A DNA stretch of 64,000 bases from Octopus vulgaris (GCA_951406725.2 OX597838.1:43834001-43898000); one strand, 5' to 3'; counted from the stretch's first letter, positions 29,031-44,258 are shown. A program made the numbers and translations. The notes: generated from the sequence alone by a model not told the origin.

Positions 29031-29429
29031 ATGTTTATTAATAGTTCATTTAGGCAACACGATGCTAATAACATGGTGTTAGAACTCGGTATACATATAT
29101 TTCAGGAAAAAGGCCGTCAGTCGAGTACTGAGCGTAATAAGAGATTATGTATAGGACAAAGGAAAAAGATATTATATAAGGAACTTCAATAAATTACGGC
29201 TGTTTCTGCAATAAGATCCAATGCACTCATAATTGTGTGCTTGTGCACCAGCTTATAGCCTCATCGGAGCTTCTGAAATGTATGTGTCTATGTCTTTCTT
29301 TGAGTTAACGAAAAAAACGTACATACATAAATTTCAGTAGCTCCGACGAAGCTATAGGATAATGCACAAACACTCAATTATTAGTGCAGAAGCAGTATGT
29401 ATGTATGTTTGTCTGTTTGTTTGTCTGTC

Positions 29430-29502
<73 letters not shown>

Positions 29503-29904
29503 ATATGTATGTATGTATATATGTATGTATGTATGTGTGTATGTATGTATGTATGAAAGTATATACACATATACACAAGTATCTGTGTGCATGTGTGTTT
29601 TTGTGGTTTGTGCCCGTGTTTGTCTTTCGCAATAGCTAAAAACTGTTTTTAGTTTGTTTACGTGACTATAGCTAAGCTGTTCGGTAAAAGCGACCAATAG
29701 AAAGGCGGCGAGCTGGCAGAAGCGTTAGCACGCCGGACGAAATGCTTAGTGGTATTTCGTCTGTCTTTACGATCTGAGTTCAAATTCCGCCAAGGTCGAC
29801 TTTGCCTTTCATTCTTCCGGGGTTGTCGACAAATTAAGTGCGAGTTGTGTACTGGGGTCGATTTATTATTATTATTATTATTATTATTATCATTATTATC
29901 ATTT

Positions 29905-31223
29905 ATTTTCCTTCTTTCTTCAAAATTTCCCCCGTTTCTCGCCGAGTGTTTTCCGTACACCTAAGGCAGAGAAGCTCATTGTATGCATTCCCAGATTACA
30001 CACGAAAATTCACAGGTAAAATATGTATTTAAAAAAAATTAATTAATAAATAAATTCATGAATGGATGTTGTTTTCACAGCAATAATGCTCTTCTCAGTA
30101 CATGAGCCGTTCCAGTTAACACGATTTTTTGCACTTCCTGTAGGGATGGTAAGCCTGGTATCATTTTCAAATTGGTTTCAGTACCTTTTTTAATCATTCC
30201 TAGAGATCCTATAATCACTGGTCCTGTAGTCGCCTTGAGATGCCACATTTTTTCAATATCTATTAACAAGTCTTTATATTTACTGATCTTGTCAAATTCT
30301 TTCGCCGCTATATTGTGATCGCAAGGAATACTCATGTCAATTAATAAACACATCTTTTTTGTCCGATCTTTTATAATAATATCCGGTTTATTATCTTTTA
30401 TAGTTTTGTCGGTATGTGCGGGGAAGTCCCATAGAATCGACACATTATCTTCCTCAGTCACAACTTCAGGATGGTGTTTATACCATTTGTCAGCGGATTT
30501 GATTTTATAATGCCGACATATTGTCCAGTGTAAATACTGGCCGACTCTGTCATGTCTTGTTTTATATTCTACAGGTTCTAAGACTCTACACCCTGAGATT
30601 AGGTGGTGTATAGTTTCAATCTCATCGTTACAGAATCGGCATTTTGGGTCAGCTCCATTTTTTATCACATTGGCTTGGTAGTTCCGGGTTAATAAGCTTT
30701 GGTCTTGAGCAGCTAATATGAAACCTTCACTCTCTGCTTTTAGCCCTGAGCTTCGTAAACATTGGTGCGTGTGTTTCTGGTCGACATCAGCTTGTTTGCA
30801 ATTAATTTAACTTTCTTGGCAGCTGCAGTTGGTGCATTTCCTTCAACCTGCTCAATCTGGTGGTATCTAAAAGATCAATAGCGAATGTTTTGCTCACTTT
30901 CAGAATAGAGTGAAGTTTTTTCAGTCTTTTATGTTTTTCAACAAGTTTTAGCATTCAATCGTTGGTTGCTTCCAGGTATTTGGCCAGTCCGATTGTGGTG
31001 GTTTTGTATGTAAATTCAAGCTGGATCAAGCCTCGACCTCCCTGAGCTCTGGGAAGGTAAAGACGATCCACGTCTACCTTTGAATGGTGCATCTTATTAC
31101 AAGTTAGTAGCTTGCGGATTTTTCTGTCAATTTTCATTATTTCACTGGTATTCCAGTTAAGCACATTGAAATTATAAAGAACAACTGGGACTGCTAAGGA
31201 ATTTATGGCTAACACCTTATTAT
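29905..31223 (-). mobile_element. 5'-truncated R4/Dong-clade LINE (thumb, CCHC, RLE)
   Basis: CRFC...ETIHHLISGC, RHD, ILWDF, KPDIII, IDMSIP, KISKY and PVIIGSLG motifs. The 3' end runs into (TAA)n at 29864-29905. Confidence 0.85.
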
Positions 31224-32583
31224 TCTATGTTTGACTTTTGCTTTACATTTGCACAAGTTGGTTCCAAGTCTCTCCCAGAGACCTCAAGAGACAACAAGTT
31301 GGAAGTTCATGTTGGTGTTATGCCTAGGGTGCCATATATTTGGTTCTGTACATAGTTTTGTACTAGTAAATGTCTAAAAAACCATATGAAAATTATGTGT
31401 TTGTTTTAAAGCTTGAGATTACATAGAAAGTATTTTGCGTAGGATATGAGCAGTTCCCATGAGCACTATCTTTTGAATTTCTGCCATTTTGGAGTTTCCT
31501 GACATCTGAGTTAGGCAGCAATCAGCCCCTTTTGCTATCATTCCCAGGGCACCTATGACAACTGGTATTGTTTTAGTCTTCAGGTTCCACATTTTGCTGA
31601 TTTCTATTTCAAGATCATTATATTTGCTCAGTTTTTGGTAGGTCTTGACAGATACGTTTATATCGATTGGGACAGTCATATCAATGAGGAGGCATGTTTT
31701 TTGTCTGAAGTCTTTTACTATGATGTTTGGCCTATTCACGTCTATCTTTCTGTCAGTTTGAATGGTGAAGTTCCAGAGGTGTGAGATGTGATCATTTTCA
31801 AGCACTAGAGTTGGTTTGTGTTCCCACCAGTTTTTATCATGGGACAAGTCCAGTGAATATATAGTGCAGCTCTATCATGCCTGTTGAGATACTCTGTAGG
31901 TGCAAGAAGACTGCACTCGGAGACAACAAAATGGTTTCATTTTGTTGTTGACATACTCGACATGTTGGGCTACTGCCGTTCTTCTATATGTTGGCCTGGT
32001 AGTTCCTTGTAGGTAGGCATTGATCTTGAGCTGCTATGATAAACCCTTCTGTTTCAGATTTTAAGCCAGAGGCCATTAGCCATTAATGGGTCAGGGCTTT
32101 GTCAACATCTGCAGTATTCGCTCTCTTTGGGTATTTGCCATTGAGAGGTTTTTCTTGCTATTTATCATTCAGAATATCTAAGGCAGCAGTTTTAGCACGG
32201 GTTTTCATGCGCTTAGCTTTTTCTGTGTTTGTTTCTTGTATGTCTAATTCCGAAATTTGTTGTATTCGGAATTCACTTAGATATTCCATTGCCTGTTTTG
32301 TTACTGAGTATGATGCTTTCTTGTTTTCATGTTTTGAGACAAGTTTTAACATCCAGTCCGCAGAGTTTCTCAGGTAGGTGTCTAGGCCAATTGTAGCAAC
32401 CTTCATTGTTATTGCCAGTTGTAAAAGCCCACGGCCTCCCTCTTTTCTTGGTATATAAAGTCGATCAGTATCTGCCTTAGGGTGGTGCATTCTATGCATT
32501 GTCAGCAGTTTTCGTATTTTTCTGTCAAGATTACATATTTCAGTAATTGGCCAGTTAACGATATTGAAACTGTAAGTCACGAC
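31222..32583 (-). mobile_element. Second, divergent 5'-truncated R4/Dong-clade LINE, head-to-tail with the first
   Basis: DRLYIPRKEGGRGL, IDMTVP, KLSKY and PVVIGALG motifs. (TAA)n lies at its 5' flank (32585-32619) and the tail reads aataataa. Confidence 0.85.
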
Positions 32584-32619
<36 letters not shown>

Positions 32620-32942
32620 GGTTTCCTGACTGGCACCAACTGAATAGATTTTCAGATCGATCCGGTACCAGACAAGGATTATGGATTAGTGTGCCTGTTT
32701 TTTGTACTTAATTTTTGAGAGCGGTTGGATTCATTTTTAGCATTCTCATTTATGAGAGCAAGAGTTTATTTCAGATATTCTCATTTTAAAAATCATCTCA
32801 GGCTAATCGTGGACAGGACTTTAATGTTGCCTTGGCGGAGGTTTGCGCTCTCTGAGTGCTCTTGTTACTATTATTATTATTATTGTTGTTGTTGTTATCA
32901 TAGGCGCAGGAGTGGCTGTGTGGTGAGAAGCTTGCTTCCCAA

Positions 32943-34293
32943 CTGCGCATGTGTGAGTCCGTGTTGTGTTTGGAACTGAAGCTGTAAAGACGTGCTTTTG
33001 AAGCCGTCTTCAATTGAAGAATTTTGAAGCGCAGCTGTAAGACTTGTTTTTTGGGTCCAGTGAGGGTTTGTTGTTTGCGGTAATTATTTTTGTACAAGCA
33101 AGACATCGTCACTGGATTGTAAACTCTAGTCTGTCTGCAGAGGAGTGAACATTTTTTTCTCACTTAATTGTGAGAATTATTGCTTGGGGACGTATCCCGC
33201 TTCCAAATTAGTGGTTCACGTTAAGTGAATATTTTTTCTTAATTGTGAGAATTGTTACTTGGGGGAGTCCTAGAAATTTGTTCACTTTTTGTGAATTTTT
33301 GAAATAATTGTGAGAATTGCTGTTTTGGGGAAGTGTCTTTGCCTCCGAAGAATGAACGACTTGTATACCAGTTTTTGTGGAAGTTGTGTTCCAGTTGTGG
33401 CATTCCGGGTTCGGCCTTGGCCGGGAGTACCTAGTGGAAGAGGAAATTTTTTTTCTGTGTTTTTGAACTATTGACTTTCATTATTCGTGATTTGTTTTCC
33501 TTTTCTTCCTTCCATTTTATTGTGACCTTCTTTTGATTTCTTTCTTTTTCTTCTCTCTTCTTAAGTTTTATTTTGAACTATTTTCGAACTGTTAAATAAA
33601 AACATTGCAATGAAAAAAGACAATGCTTTGGAGTGGGAAATTATACCACCCAAACAGTGGTTGAAAGACCGTGAAGAGGACGGTGGTGTTGAGGACTTAC
33701 TCTAAGTCGCTGGATACCATCGCCCTATTTGAAAAGACTGTAATTGAAAAGGAGTTGGCAGAGTATCTACCAACTATGAAATTCATTTCCAGGGAGGGAG
33801 TAATATACGCAACGGTGTGGTTGCTATTTGACACCCTTGAAGAAGCGCGCAAATTTGCGACCCAGCCCTTAGAGGGCAAAAATTTTGTTTCTTCCCACGT
33901 GGGAAGAGGTTGACAAGCGGTTTGGTCTGCGGGTTGTTATCCGGAATAAAACCCGAGTGGATAGAAGAGAGTATCCGCCGGGGTCTGGGTGGCAGCAGAG
34001 CCAAGCTCCTTAATATGAAAGTTTTTCCTGCGGCTGATTTGGTTGGGTCAAAAGCTGTTTTGACGCTTTGGACCCAATCAGTTAATCTGGCTTTTCCAGA
34101 TTTTTTGAAAATGGCCGGGTGCAGGTACCCGGTGATTTTTGAGGAGCCTGGCCATATAAAGAAAAACTGTCCCCAGGACCTTATGAAGGCGGCCGAAGAG
34201 GCGGAGGACTCCTCAAAGAAGGGCCGCAAAAGGATGAAGGTGAGCAGCAATGGGTGCTCACCGAAGGATCCTAGGGATGAGGAAGGGGAGGCT
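32943..34293 (+). mobile_element. ORF1-only family, copy 3 (3' part lost), directly after a SINE A head
   Basis: SINE A head ggcgcaggagtggctgtgtggtgagaagcttgcttcccaa (32903-32942) is joined to ctgcgcatgtgtgagtc... The copy is near-identical to copy 2 over ~33180-34140. Confidence 0.85.
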
Positions 34294-35489
34294 TTTCTGA
34301 TGCTATTGTAATAACACACAAGCACACAATACCTCAACGCAGACAATACACAAACACGCAACATGTATAAACATACGCAACACGCATAGACGAAGATAAC
34401 TTTCGCCCACATGCACTACATACATGCACACTATTTAGTCACAGACACACATACACAGATGCACGCACCACCTGAACAAGCACGCATTATCTCCTACACA
34501 CGTCCATACGTACACACACACACAAACACACAAACTCGCCCCCATTCACTCATGCACATAGCCTCTATGGCGGGAAGCCTAGAGTAACCATATAAACCGG
34601 TCTCGATCACTAATAAATATAGACTGCTCTACTTCTTAGAGTGTACTTCTCCGGATGTATGTTTTTCTAAAAAAAAAAAAAACGATTACACACACACACA
34701 CATTCATAAACCCCGCCCCACACCATATATATACGGGCTATTTCAGTTTTGGTATGAGAAATCCTCTCACATGACGTTTCGAAAAAATTGAATGTAAGCA
34801 AATTTCTGCGTAGGCGTGGGTGTGTGATTAAGAGGTTTCCTTCCTTACCGCATGGTCAGTCCCACAGAATAGCACCTTGGGCAAATATGCTTACTGAAGC
34901 CTCAACCCTAGTTATACTGTGGCAGAGAAAATTGAAGATAACTTTTGGATAAGCTTTAGTCGCAGATTTAGCATGCTAAAAGTGGAACTAAAAAACTACA
35001 TTCTTTTGAGAACTAACAAAGTCATTTATATATCATCTGTAGTTAAGACGCTCGCCTCGCAACTCCATGGCTTAGAGACCAATGGCTTTGTAGGAGAGTC
35101 ACGCAGCTTGTAAGTGAAATCTGACATGAAAGAAATTGTGTGCGGTGGGGCGTCGAGGGGAACAATTTTGTTGACTTAATATTTGCTCAGTTTAACTCAA
35201 CCTCTTGGTTTTTGGATTATTTTAGTGGAGTTCACGCTGAGATCTGAACAAAACCCCCTCCCCTCCCCCCATAATTCGTGGAGGCCCTAGAAACATTTCC
35301 TTTGCTGCATTTCCTTCATTTGCAAAATCATTAAATTTATACGAAAAAGGGTCCTGCTCGAATTTGGGTCTTTCCAATTCTTTTTAGTAAAATAGTTTAT
35401 CCTTCATTGCATACTTTTCTTAATTACTAACTGCAGACGCGCGCAATCACCATAGTCTCTTCCAGAATATTCTGTTTGCGTGTAAAATA

Positions 35490-35850
35490 GATTTACATAC
35501 GACGGATATTTGTCCTCATCTTGTTAACACATTTGCCCACGGGCATATGGCGTAGTGATTAAGAGTGCGGGCTACTAACCCCAAGATTCCGAGTTCGATT
35601 CCAGACAATGACCTGAACAACAACAACAACAATAATAATAATAATAACAACAACAACATCGAAAAATACCTTAGGAATGAGAACCCAGCTTAAAATTTCC
35701 CCAAGACACCTGAAGAAGGTTGGAAGGTATAACAGCCGAAATGTTGTGTCAACAACAAACAAGATGAAGACAAATATTCGTCGAATGTAAATAATGTAAA
35801 CAATGTAAATAATGTACATAATTCCTCATCTCTTAAATATAGAACTGTAA
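35490..35850 (+). mobile_element. Element with tRNA-like head, HHR and inverted terminal segment
   Basis: A box tggcgtagtgatt and B box gagttcgattcc (35548-35602). HHR gacac-CTGAAGA-a ggttg..cagcc-GAAA-tg-TT-gtgtc at 35705-35750. 35491-35525 is the reverse complement of 35758-35792. Confidence 0.7.
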
Positions 35851-36561
35851 AATAGATATTTCTAGACGGAGTGTCACAAGGTGTCAAATCTCCCAGTAAA
35901 ACGATAGTTATATAGAATACAATCGCTCTTCTCTTTCATGTTTGTCACCAAGATCTTAGCGCAAAGACTCATAAAACAGAAGTTAGATACGATAGAATAT
36001 AACCACTCATCTCTTTCGTGTTCAAGATCTCAGAGCAAGATTCCTGAAACTAAATCATATCGATCCAGGAATAAGAGGACGTTAAATTCAACCTTATCGA
36101 TATTTGATTCTGGCAGATAGCGCCGCGAAAATAAATGCTATGGTTCAGAGCTGGACTGCCTGACACTGTCGTATTTCTGCAGTGGTTCTGCAGAAACACT
36201 CCCCTCTAATATCGGGTATGAGATAATATTAAATATTCAAACTCGCAGCTTGCAGCTTTCCTAATATAAATACATTTAATTAATATCAACTCCTAAAGGA
36301 ATGTTATTTTATATCAAAACGTTCAATAAATTTCCCCAAAGGTTAATGAGCAATTTTTGTTTCAATTATAATTTGGATAATACAAAATAATATATCACAA
36401 TAGCATTTTATTCTTTCCCCTTCCCTTCCTCTTATTTTTTTACTCTTTTATTCTTCACACAAACTCTCATTCTTTTGCACACACACACACACACACATAT
36501 AATATATGTTTATACGTATATATGGGCGTGCGTATATATATATTATGGAATACACTCACGC

Positions 36562-36599
<38 letters not shown>

Positions 36600-36678
36600 A
36601 CGCGCATCCTTTTTCCTGCATATGCCTTTTTGTGCGTAGGTGGGAATTTATCGTTTGAACATTTGCTTTAATAGATAA

Positions 36679-36735
<57 letters not shown>

Positions 36736-39211
36736 TCGTAAACTTATCCATCGATAGTTCGAAAACTGCGAGGTTTTGTATCTGCAATATATTTTCATAG
36801 TAAGGCGGCGAGCTGCCAGAAACGTTAGCACGCCGGGCGAAATGCTTAGCAGTATTTTGTCTGTTTATACGTCTATACGTTCTGAGTTCAAATTCCGCCG
36901 AGTCGATAAATTAAGTACCAGTTGCGTAGAAGCACACACACACACACACATGCCCTTACACACATGAAAATCAGACTTTTATGCTGTTATCTGCTCGTGT
37001 TCCCTTCAACCCTTCAGAATCTCAACGGTTTGCAAAGCTAAAGGAATCAGAATCTTTTATCAAATTCTCTTACAGCAGCAATATATATTTTTTAATGTGT
37101 AACGAAACTTTTACAGAAAAAAATGAACATATTTAGAGGGTTCGTTGGACACAGGGTGAGGCGACTGTTGTTATCGTTAGGCCAAACTCATCGTAAAGTC
37201 AATACCACCATGACCGATATCCGAACAACAGTGGAGAAGGCTAGCCACTGGATTTGGTTAGAAAGAGACGTTGAGCGATGGCTAGAAGAATATTGAACTT
37301 TATTTGATAACCAGCATTCTCTCCTGATGACCCCATACACTTGCTGGCTTCCGGTATGCGGAATTTTTGACTGGTAGGACTTGCATGTGCAAGTTGTTTG
37401 CAAGACATCTATGGTGTAACGAAATAGATGCTGCAATTATACAATGCAAAAACAAATGAATTGGCAGAACCGTTAGTCTGAAACAATAACTTGCAAGATT
37501 TAATGAGAGCGTGGGTTCAAATCCTGCCCGAACCAACTTGACTATTATTTTTCCAGGCTCACTAAAATAAGTAACAACAACGTACGATTGTTGTTCAGAG
37601 TCGACTAAAGACCTTGTCCAACATGTGCGACCTTGTAACTATGTTACAAATCATCTGAGAAATACAGGTATGTTAAATAACATACAGCATAAATTTTAGA
37701 ATTTTTATAATGATCTTCGTCTGTAAAGGACGAACCATGAGCGTTCCAGATTGGTAGTGACACGGGAGTGGCTAGCTCCGAGAAGCAGAAGCTATTACAA
37801 TAACAGGAGAAAAGCAACAGAGAATGGAGAGTAAGCTTGCAAAGCAGAGGCTGAAACGCGTCCGTGAGAGACATTGTGGTAATCAAGTTGAATGACCCGG
37901 CGCGTTCTTTGTATGCAGCAGAGTTTTATGAGATGAGACAAATACAGAGAAACTACTATGAGGTTAGTTAAATGAATCTGAGAAAAGAAAATTTTACATA
38001 AACCCAGTAATAAGAGAATTAGTCTACTACATAGGAAAATACTTCGGTGGAGGAGAAACTGATGAGACTCAAGACACAGGAACGAGGAAGGGAATGAAAA
38101 ATAAATTGATTGTTACAGAAGAGAGTTTAATAACTAAACTTAATACTTGAAATAAGATAATACGTAAAAAATACGATAATACACCAGCCATCTTAGTTAT
38201 ATATTAAAGTTTCAAAACAATAAGTACGAAGTTAAGTGGATGGAAGAGCTTAGACAGAGAATCCAGGCAACAATTAACAGCATTGCGAAGCCATTACTAG
38301 AAAGCTGATAAAGACAGAGTTTACCTGCTGACAATGCACGAAAGACGAGGGCTGATACAAATAAAGTTTGAAGATAAATTAACAATGGCGTGGATACAAA
38401 AATAGTTAGAGGCAAGAAAATGGAAACTGATTAATGCTATAAGGAATAAACGAAGAATATAATAAAAGGAATTACTTTCTCTCTAAATAAGGAAATAATA
38501 ACGATGATATTGAAACTGAACTACACAGACGAAAATATTTAGATAAGGAGAAAAACTACCGGAAAAGTTTAAATAAGAAAAATATTTAGATAAGAATAAA
38601 AAAACGAAAACTCCAAACAAATGGAAAAATCAAAATGATTGTTCAGAATATTCTGATGAGAAAATGGAAAGAAAAGCAATCGCAAGACTCGAAGACTCGA
38701 AGACTGTGTGGAAGCAAGCCAGAATGAACAGAGAATTGTTCCAAAGCTCTGAGCTAAAACCAAAACCAGAAATGATTTTGTTAAAAATAATGACTAACTA
38801 CAAATACTGACATAAATGAATTAGTGAAGATGGCAGCATCACGTGCAGACTTTACAACCAATAGAATGAGAAAATTAAGCACAGTATTTTCGCTTGGCCG
38901 AATCCAAACCTTTTCATAAACACGTTCCAATAGAAAGCTATGTCTATTGGGCCAGTGTCTAAAATCTCCTATGTGAAAACAGACGAGAAGTTGTATTAAC
39001 ATGTACAAGAATATAGGGGAAAAGACACGTGATTGTGTGGTAAGGAGTTTGCCTCCCAGCCACATGGTTCCGTGCTCTATCCCATGCGTGGCATCTTGGG
39101 CACATGTCTTGACCCATAGCCTCCGCTCCACTAAAGCGTTATAAGTGGATTTGGTCGACCAAAAGCTTGAGAGTGGATTTGCTCGGCGGAAACTCAAAGA
39201 ACCCCGTTGTG

Positions 39212-39245
<34 letters not shown>

Positions 39246-39283
39246 CATATATCTATATAGATAGATAGATAAATATATATATG

Positions 39284-39397
<114 letters not shown>

Positions 39398-39411
39398 GAT
39401 AGATAGATATA

Positions 39412-40373
39412 TGAGGTCTGATCAATAAGTATCTGGACTAGTGTAAACTCACACACCAAACACACACTCACACACATACGTACCGTGCACACATATACAC
39501 ACATGCGTATATTAGTCTGATCAATAAGTATTCGAACTGTTGCCATAATTTTTTAAAGCGGCTTGGCAAAGATTGGCCTGAAACGCTGCTGTATATGCAT
39601 ACAAAGTTTTAAAATTCTAGATGACTTCCGCTGTTTACAGCAGTGCTTGGAAGGAAGGTGTGTATCGTCTGATCGTCGCATTGACTATGACAGAAAGTGT
39701 TGTCATGATGGTCCCTACTGAGAGGCCAACGCAAAGTTGTAGAAAGTGTATGGAGAGGGGTATATGAGCCGCACACAAGTGTATGAGGGGTTCAAACGTT
39801 TCCAAGATGGCCGAAAAATGTCGATATTTACGGACGTTCTGGGAGAACCGCAACCAGCAGAACTGAGAAAAACATCGCAGATGTGCGTGAAGCTGTGAGG
39901 GGAAATCGTCGAATCACTATCCGTGAGTTATCAGAGGATGTAGAGATTAGTTACGGTTCAGTTCATTATCACTGAAGATTTGGGTATGAGACGCATATCT
40001 GCTTAGTTTGTGCCAAAACTGCTTTCAGCTGACCAAAAAACACCCGGGTTTCAGTTGCGCAAGATCTTGAGTGTGTGGAGAATGTTGAAAACTTTTTGAA
40101 AACTGCGTAAGGCTCTGAGCAGGTATCACCAAGTTTTTGGTAAAATTTGATGCAGATTCTCTGTTCAACTTTCTGTTACGTTCAATGCGAGGATCACACG
40201 CTACAGACCTTCCTTCGAAACACTGCTGTAAATAGCGGAAGTGAGTTAGAACGTTAACATTTAGTAGGCCTGTACAGCAGAGTTCATGGTCAATCTGTGT
40301 CAAGTGGTTTTACCTTGCATGTCTTAGCTTCGTTATTATGGCAATAGTCCGGATACTTATTGATCAGACCACG
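39412..40373 (+). mobile_element. Mariner transposon relic
   Basis: TIRs tgaggtctgatcaataagtatctggacta and tagtccggatacttattgatcagaccacg with TA flanks, plus an extra TIR copy at ~39515. Degraded transposase N-terminus (VYE.FKRFQDGR, RRITIRELSE, FVPKLL). Confidence 0.8.
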
Positions 40374-43095
40374 TATACACTTGTGTGTATATGTGTGTAC
40401 GCGTGTGCACGTGTGTGTGTGCAAGTTTGGTGTCTTTGTGTTTGTGTTTGTACCCCCATCCACCACTTGACAAGCGGTTTTGGTGTGGTCACTTTCCTGT
40501 AACATAGTAGTTCGGCAAAAGAGATCGAATAAATACCAAGTTTTAAAAGAAATAAGTCCTGTGATCGATTCATTTGACTAAGAAATTATTCAAGGCGATG
40601 CTTCAGCATGGCCGCAGTCTAATGACTGAAACAAGTAAAAGATAAAACGATTTACGGTCGACTCACGGCAACGATTTCGTTACAGTCATAGACATTGACA
40701 GAGCAGAACACAAAATCACGTCGATTTTAGCTAATCAAATAGAATCGATTATGCTATCCACTACTTATTCGCCGATGTAATAAGTACTCTGTATCGATAC
40801 AATATAGATTATTCATTGTGGTTAATTTACCAAATTAGTAATTGCCAAACGGAATTTCCTTGTAGTGCTGTATTACCATTGAATGCTTCGAGGAATAGCG
40901 GAACGACATCCAGACAGATATTGAAGTTAAGCTGCGAAGAATCGAACTTGACGGTGAATCACAGACAACAGCGACAGTATTCACCCGGTTGCAGGGAGGC
41001 AACCGATAGCATTGCTGTATCTATAAAACTATGTATATAAAATAGGATTCAATCGTAACAATGCAAATAACGAGTTTTCAGATACACATCGCTTCCATCA
41101 ATGCGTTATGTGTAGCTCTTTCTGTACCTTGTTGTAATGTCTATGATGTCCACTGAGTCATTGCAAGGGTATTTTTGTCTACTTGTATCTATACGGGAAA
41201 CTAAAACAGAAGCGATAGCAAAAGAACAAATATGGCACCGAATATGACGATCAGGAATAAGGTGAGGTGACCAAAGGGGAATTGAAGAGATATGCATGGA
41301 TATAAGAAATCTCAGAGCGTGGTATAAACAGTAGCTGCACGATATCGTGAAGTATATTTGCCACTTAAATGTGGCTAACCCTTAAGAGTGGATTGTCCTC
41401 CTGGGGCTACAAGCTACAGTAGCATCCACATTTAAGTGGAAAATATACTGCATGGATATATGTTTACTCTAAAGTTAGCAGCAAAATTAACTGTTGTCAT
41501 TTCATGGAATATTGGTTTCCAATTTTTGAAATGGCAAAGTACATGAAAAACAAAGTAAATTTCTGCTCTAGAGTTATATTCGATAATAAGCAAAGAGGCA
41601 GTTGGAATTGTCCGATAAGTTTGCCATACTTTTACTTAGTATCGAATTCTAGCAAGATCTCAGTGTACGCCTAACATGCCATTCCAGTGGCACATTAATG
41701 CTAGATGCTTCTGAAATTGCTTCTAGAAGTCTGAAGATATTTATGTGTTTATTCTGTGCTCACACAATCTACTGCACGACTGAAAGGGAAGCCTTCAACA
41801 GTTTGCGAAAACATTACACAATTCCTACATTTCGGGCAACCATTTTGTTTTTCGTTTTTCTGTTAGTTTTGGAGTTGATGGTCTTGGTTACTTTAGTCAG
41901 TGTCTTAGTGGTTCTTCAGCATATTTTTTCCCGTCGAACAACTTCCAGAAAAGACGATCATATCATGTTACTTGTGGTTACTTGTAGTTATCGTTCTTGT
42001 TGCCTTTAATACAACAGTTAATGTTGAAGCGGCGTACTGGCAGACTCCTCAGCACGCCGGATGAAATGCATACCGGCATTCAATCCGTCTTCACGTTCTG
42101 ATTTCAAATTCCGCCGAGGTCGACTTCGCTTTTCATTTTTTCGGAGTCGATAAAATAATTACCCGTTGAATACTGGGGTTGATGTAATCGACTTACTCCC
42201 GCAAATTGCTGGCATTGTGCTAAAATTTGAAATCAATATTACATGGAATACCGGCAGCAGTTAGTTTTGCTGCTAACTTTAGACTAAACATATATCCTTC
42301 TGTGTAGAGGACATTGTTTGACAGGCCCTCATGTATCTCAGTTCAGTTTCCCTCCAAGTTTTTCTCCAAACATCATACCTTCATAGCAATAAGACTGGAA
42401 AAATACATTATTATTGCCGATTTTCATATTTTTTACTTCCTTTTAAAAAATGCCTATTTTGTGAACCAGTTTAACTAGATCCAAAGAATCTTTTACAGGT
42501 TTCAGTCACTGAACGGCGCCCGTGCTAGGGCACCGCTTTCAAATGCTTTAGCCAAACATTTTCGTCGTCAGTATTTATACTTCATGTCTAGTACTTGTTC
42601 TTTCCGGTATATTTTGTCGAAGCTAAAGTGATTAGGACGTAAACAAAACACCAGTTGTTAAGCGTGGTAGAGTACAAACATAGCACAATCACAAAGTCTT
42701 ACACACATGCACACACACACTCACACACACACATGCACACACACTCACACACATGCATACATATATAAATGAAGGGTTTTTCAATTTCCGTCTACTGAAT
42801 CTGCTCACAAGGCTTTGATCGACATTGTGGGAACTATGATAGTTGACTGTGGCACGAAGTGCCGCGCAGTGTCCTCAAGATTGGGAAGCAAACTTCTTAC
42901 TCACGCAGCCACGCGTTGTGTTCTTGAGCAAAACACTTCATTTCACGTTGCTCCAGTCCACTCAGCTGGCCAAAATGAGTAACGCTGCAATGGACTGGTG
43001 TTCTGTCCAGCTTGGGAACACATACGCCATAGAAACCGGGAAATCGGGCCCATGATCCTGGCTAGGCTTTAAAAAAGGGCGCATTTATTTTTTAT

Positions 43096-43120
<25 letters not shown>

Positions 43121-43126
<6 letters not shown>

Positions 43127-43372
43127 ATCACGTGACCGACCAGGCTATCAGATGTTGCTACACATCGCTGGTCACAATGCGCTTCGCATTGTTTTAGCCT
43201 TCAAATGACGCCACTCCGCTGGCTAAGCGAGCAGGCCAGCAGAAGAAAGAGTGAGAGAAAGTTGCCGGAGATTGGTGGAGCTTTAGGTATTTTCGCTCAA
43301 TAAACACTCACAACGAAACCTCGATCCTACAACCGCGAGTCCGCTGCCCTAACCACTGAGCCATTGCGACTC
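43121..43372 (-). mobile_element. SINE family C, second copy
   Basis: Homologous to 921-1230 with the same CACGTGATCACGTG/(TA)n junction. Confidence 0.8.
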
Positions 43373-43555
43373 CACACACACACACACACATATTTATAAT
43401 ATAATATAATACAATAAATGCCCAAACTAACTTCTTTGTGTCAGTGTCACACTTAGACTCCCTCTCTCACTATTCAATGACACTTCTATTATTCCTCGTG
43501 CTGGAATGAGAGTAATCCTAGGCGGTGGCGAAGACAATGAGAGAGAGAGGGAAGA

Positions 43556-43627
<72 letters not shown>

Positions 43628-44133
43628 CTGAACTTTGAACCAGCATGCTGAACTAACATACTGAACAATGATTATAAAGGGGTGATGGTAATAGTATGAG
43701 CTGTAGTTGTGACAGTGGTGGAGGCGGCGGTGATGATAGTGGTGGTTGTGGTAGCCGAGGCGGTCGGTCAGGGATGATGGTGAGATTAAGCAATGTGAGA
43801 GAGAGAGAGGTGGTGTTGGTGGAGGAGTAGGCGGCGAGGTCAAAGGTATTGATGGTGGGATGGGGGCGGGGTCAGAAAACTGAATGGCATATATGGCGGA
43901 TATGGTGGTGATGCGAGTGGTTCTGTACTTTACCATGCAGCTTTGCAATATGTTCGAAGTCGACAAATTACATCATTGTTGTGATGAAAATTGTTTTATA
44001 AAATGTAATATATACTCAATGCATGAAGTGTCATTGTTGGGCTCAAGGCCTAATGCAGAGCCGTCCACAGGAGCTAGCTTATAAGCCACCCCATAGGGTG
44101 GCTTTTAAACTAGTATGTGTGTGTGTGTATGTA

Positions 44134-44176
<43 letters not shown>

Positions 44177-44219
44177 GTATGTATGCATGTGTGAGTGTGG
44201 GGGGTGTGTGTGTGGGTGT

Positions 44220-44258
<39 letters not shown>

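Noticed and set aside
35541-35610. Functional tRNA genes (also in the SINE A-D heads)
   Set aside because: A/B boxes are present, but I could not see an intact cloverleaf or terminator, and each continues into a repeat body.
37700-38990. Purine-rich tract resembling a decayed LINE ORF1 (similar tract on the minus strand at ~56500-58100)
   Set aside because: Too many stops and no motif I can assign with confidence.
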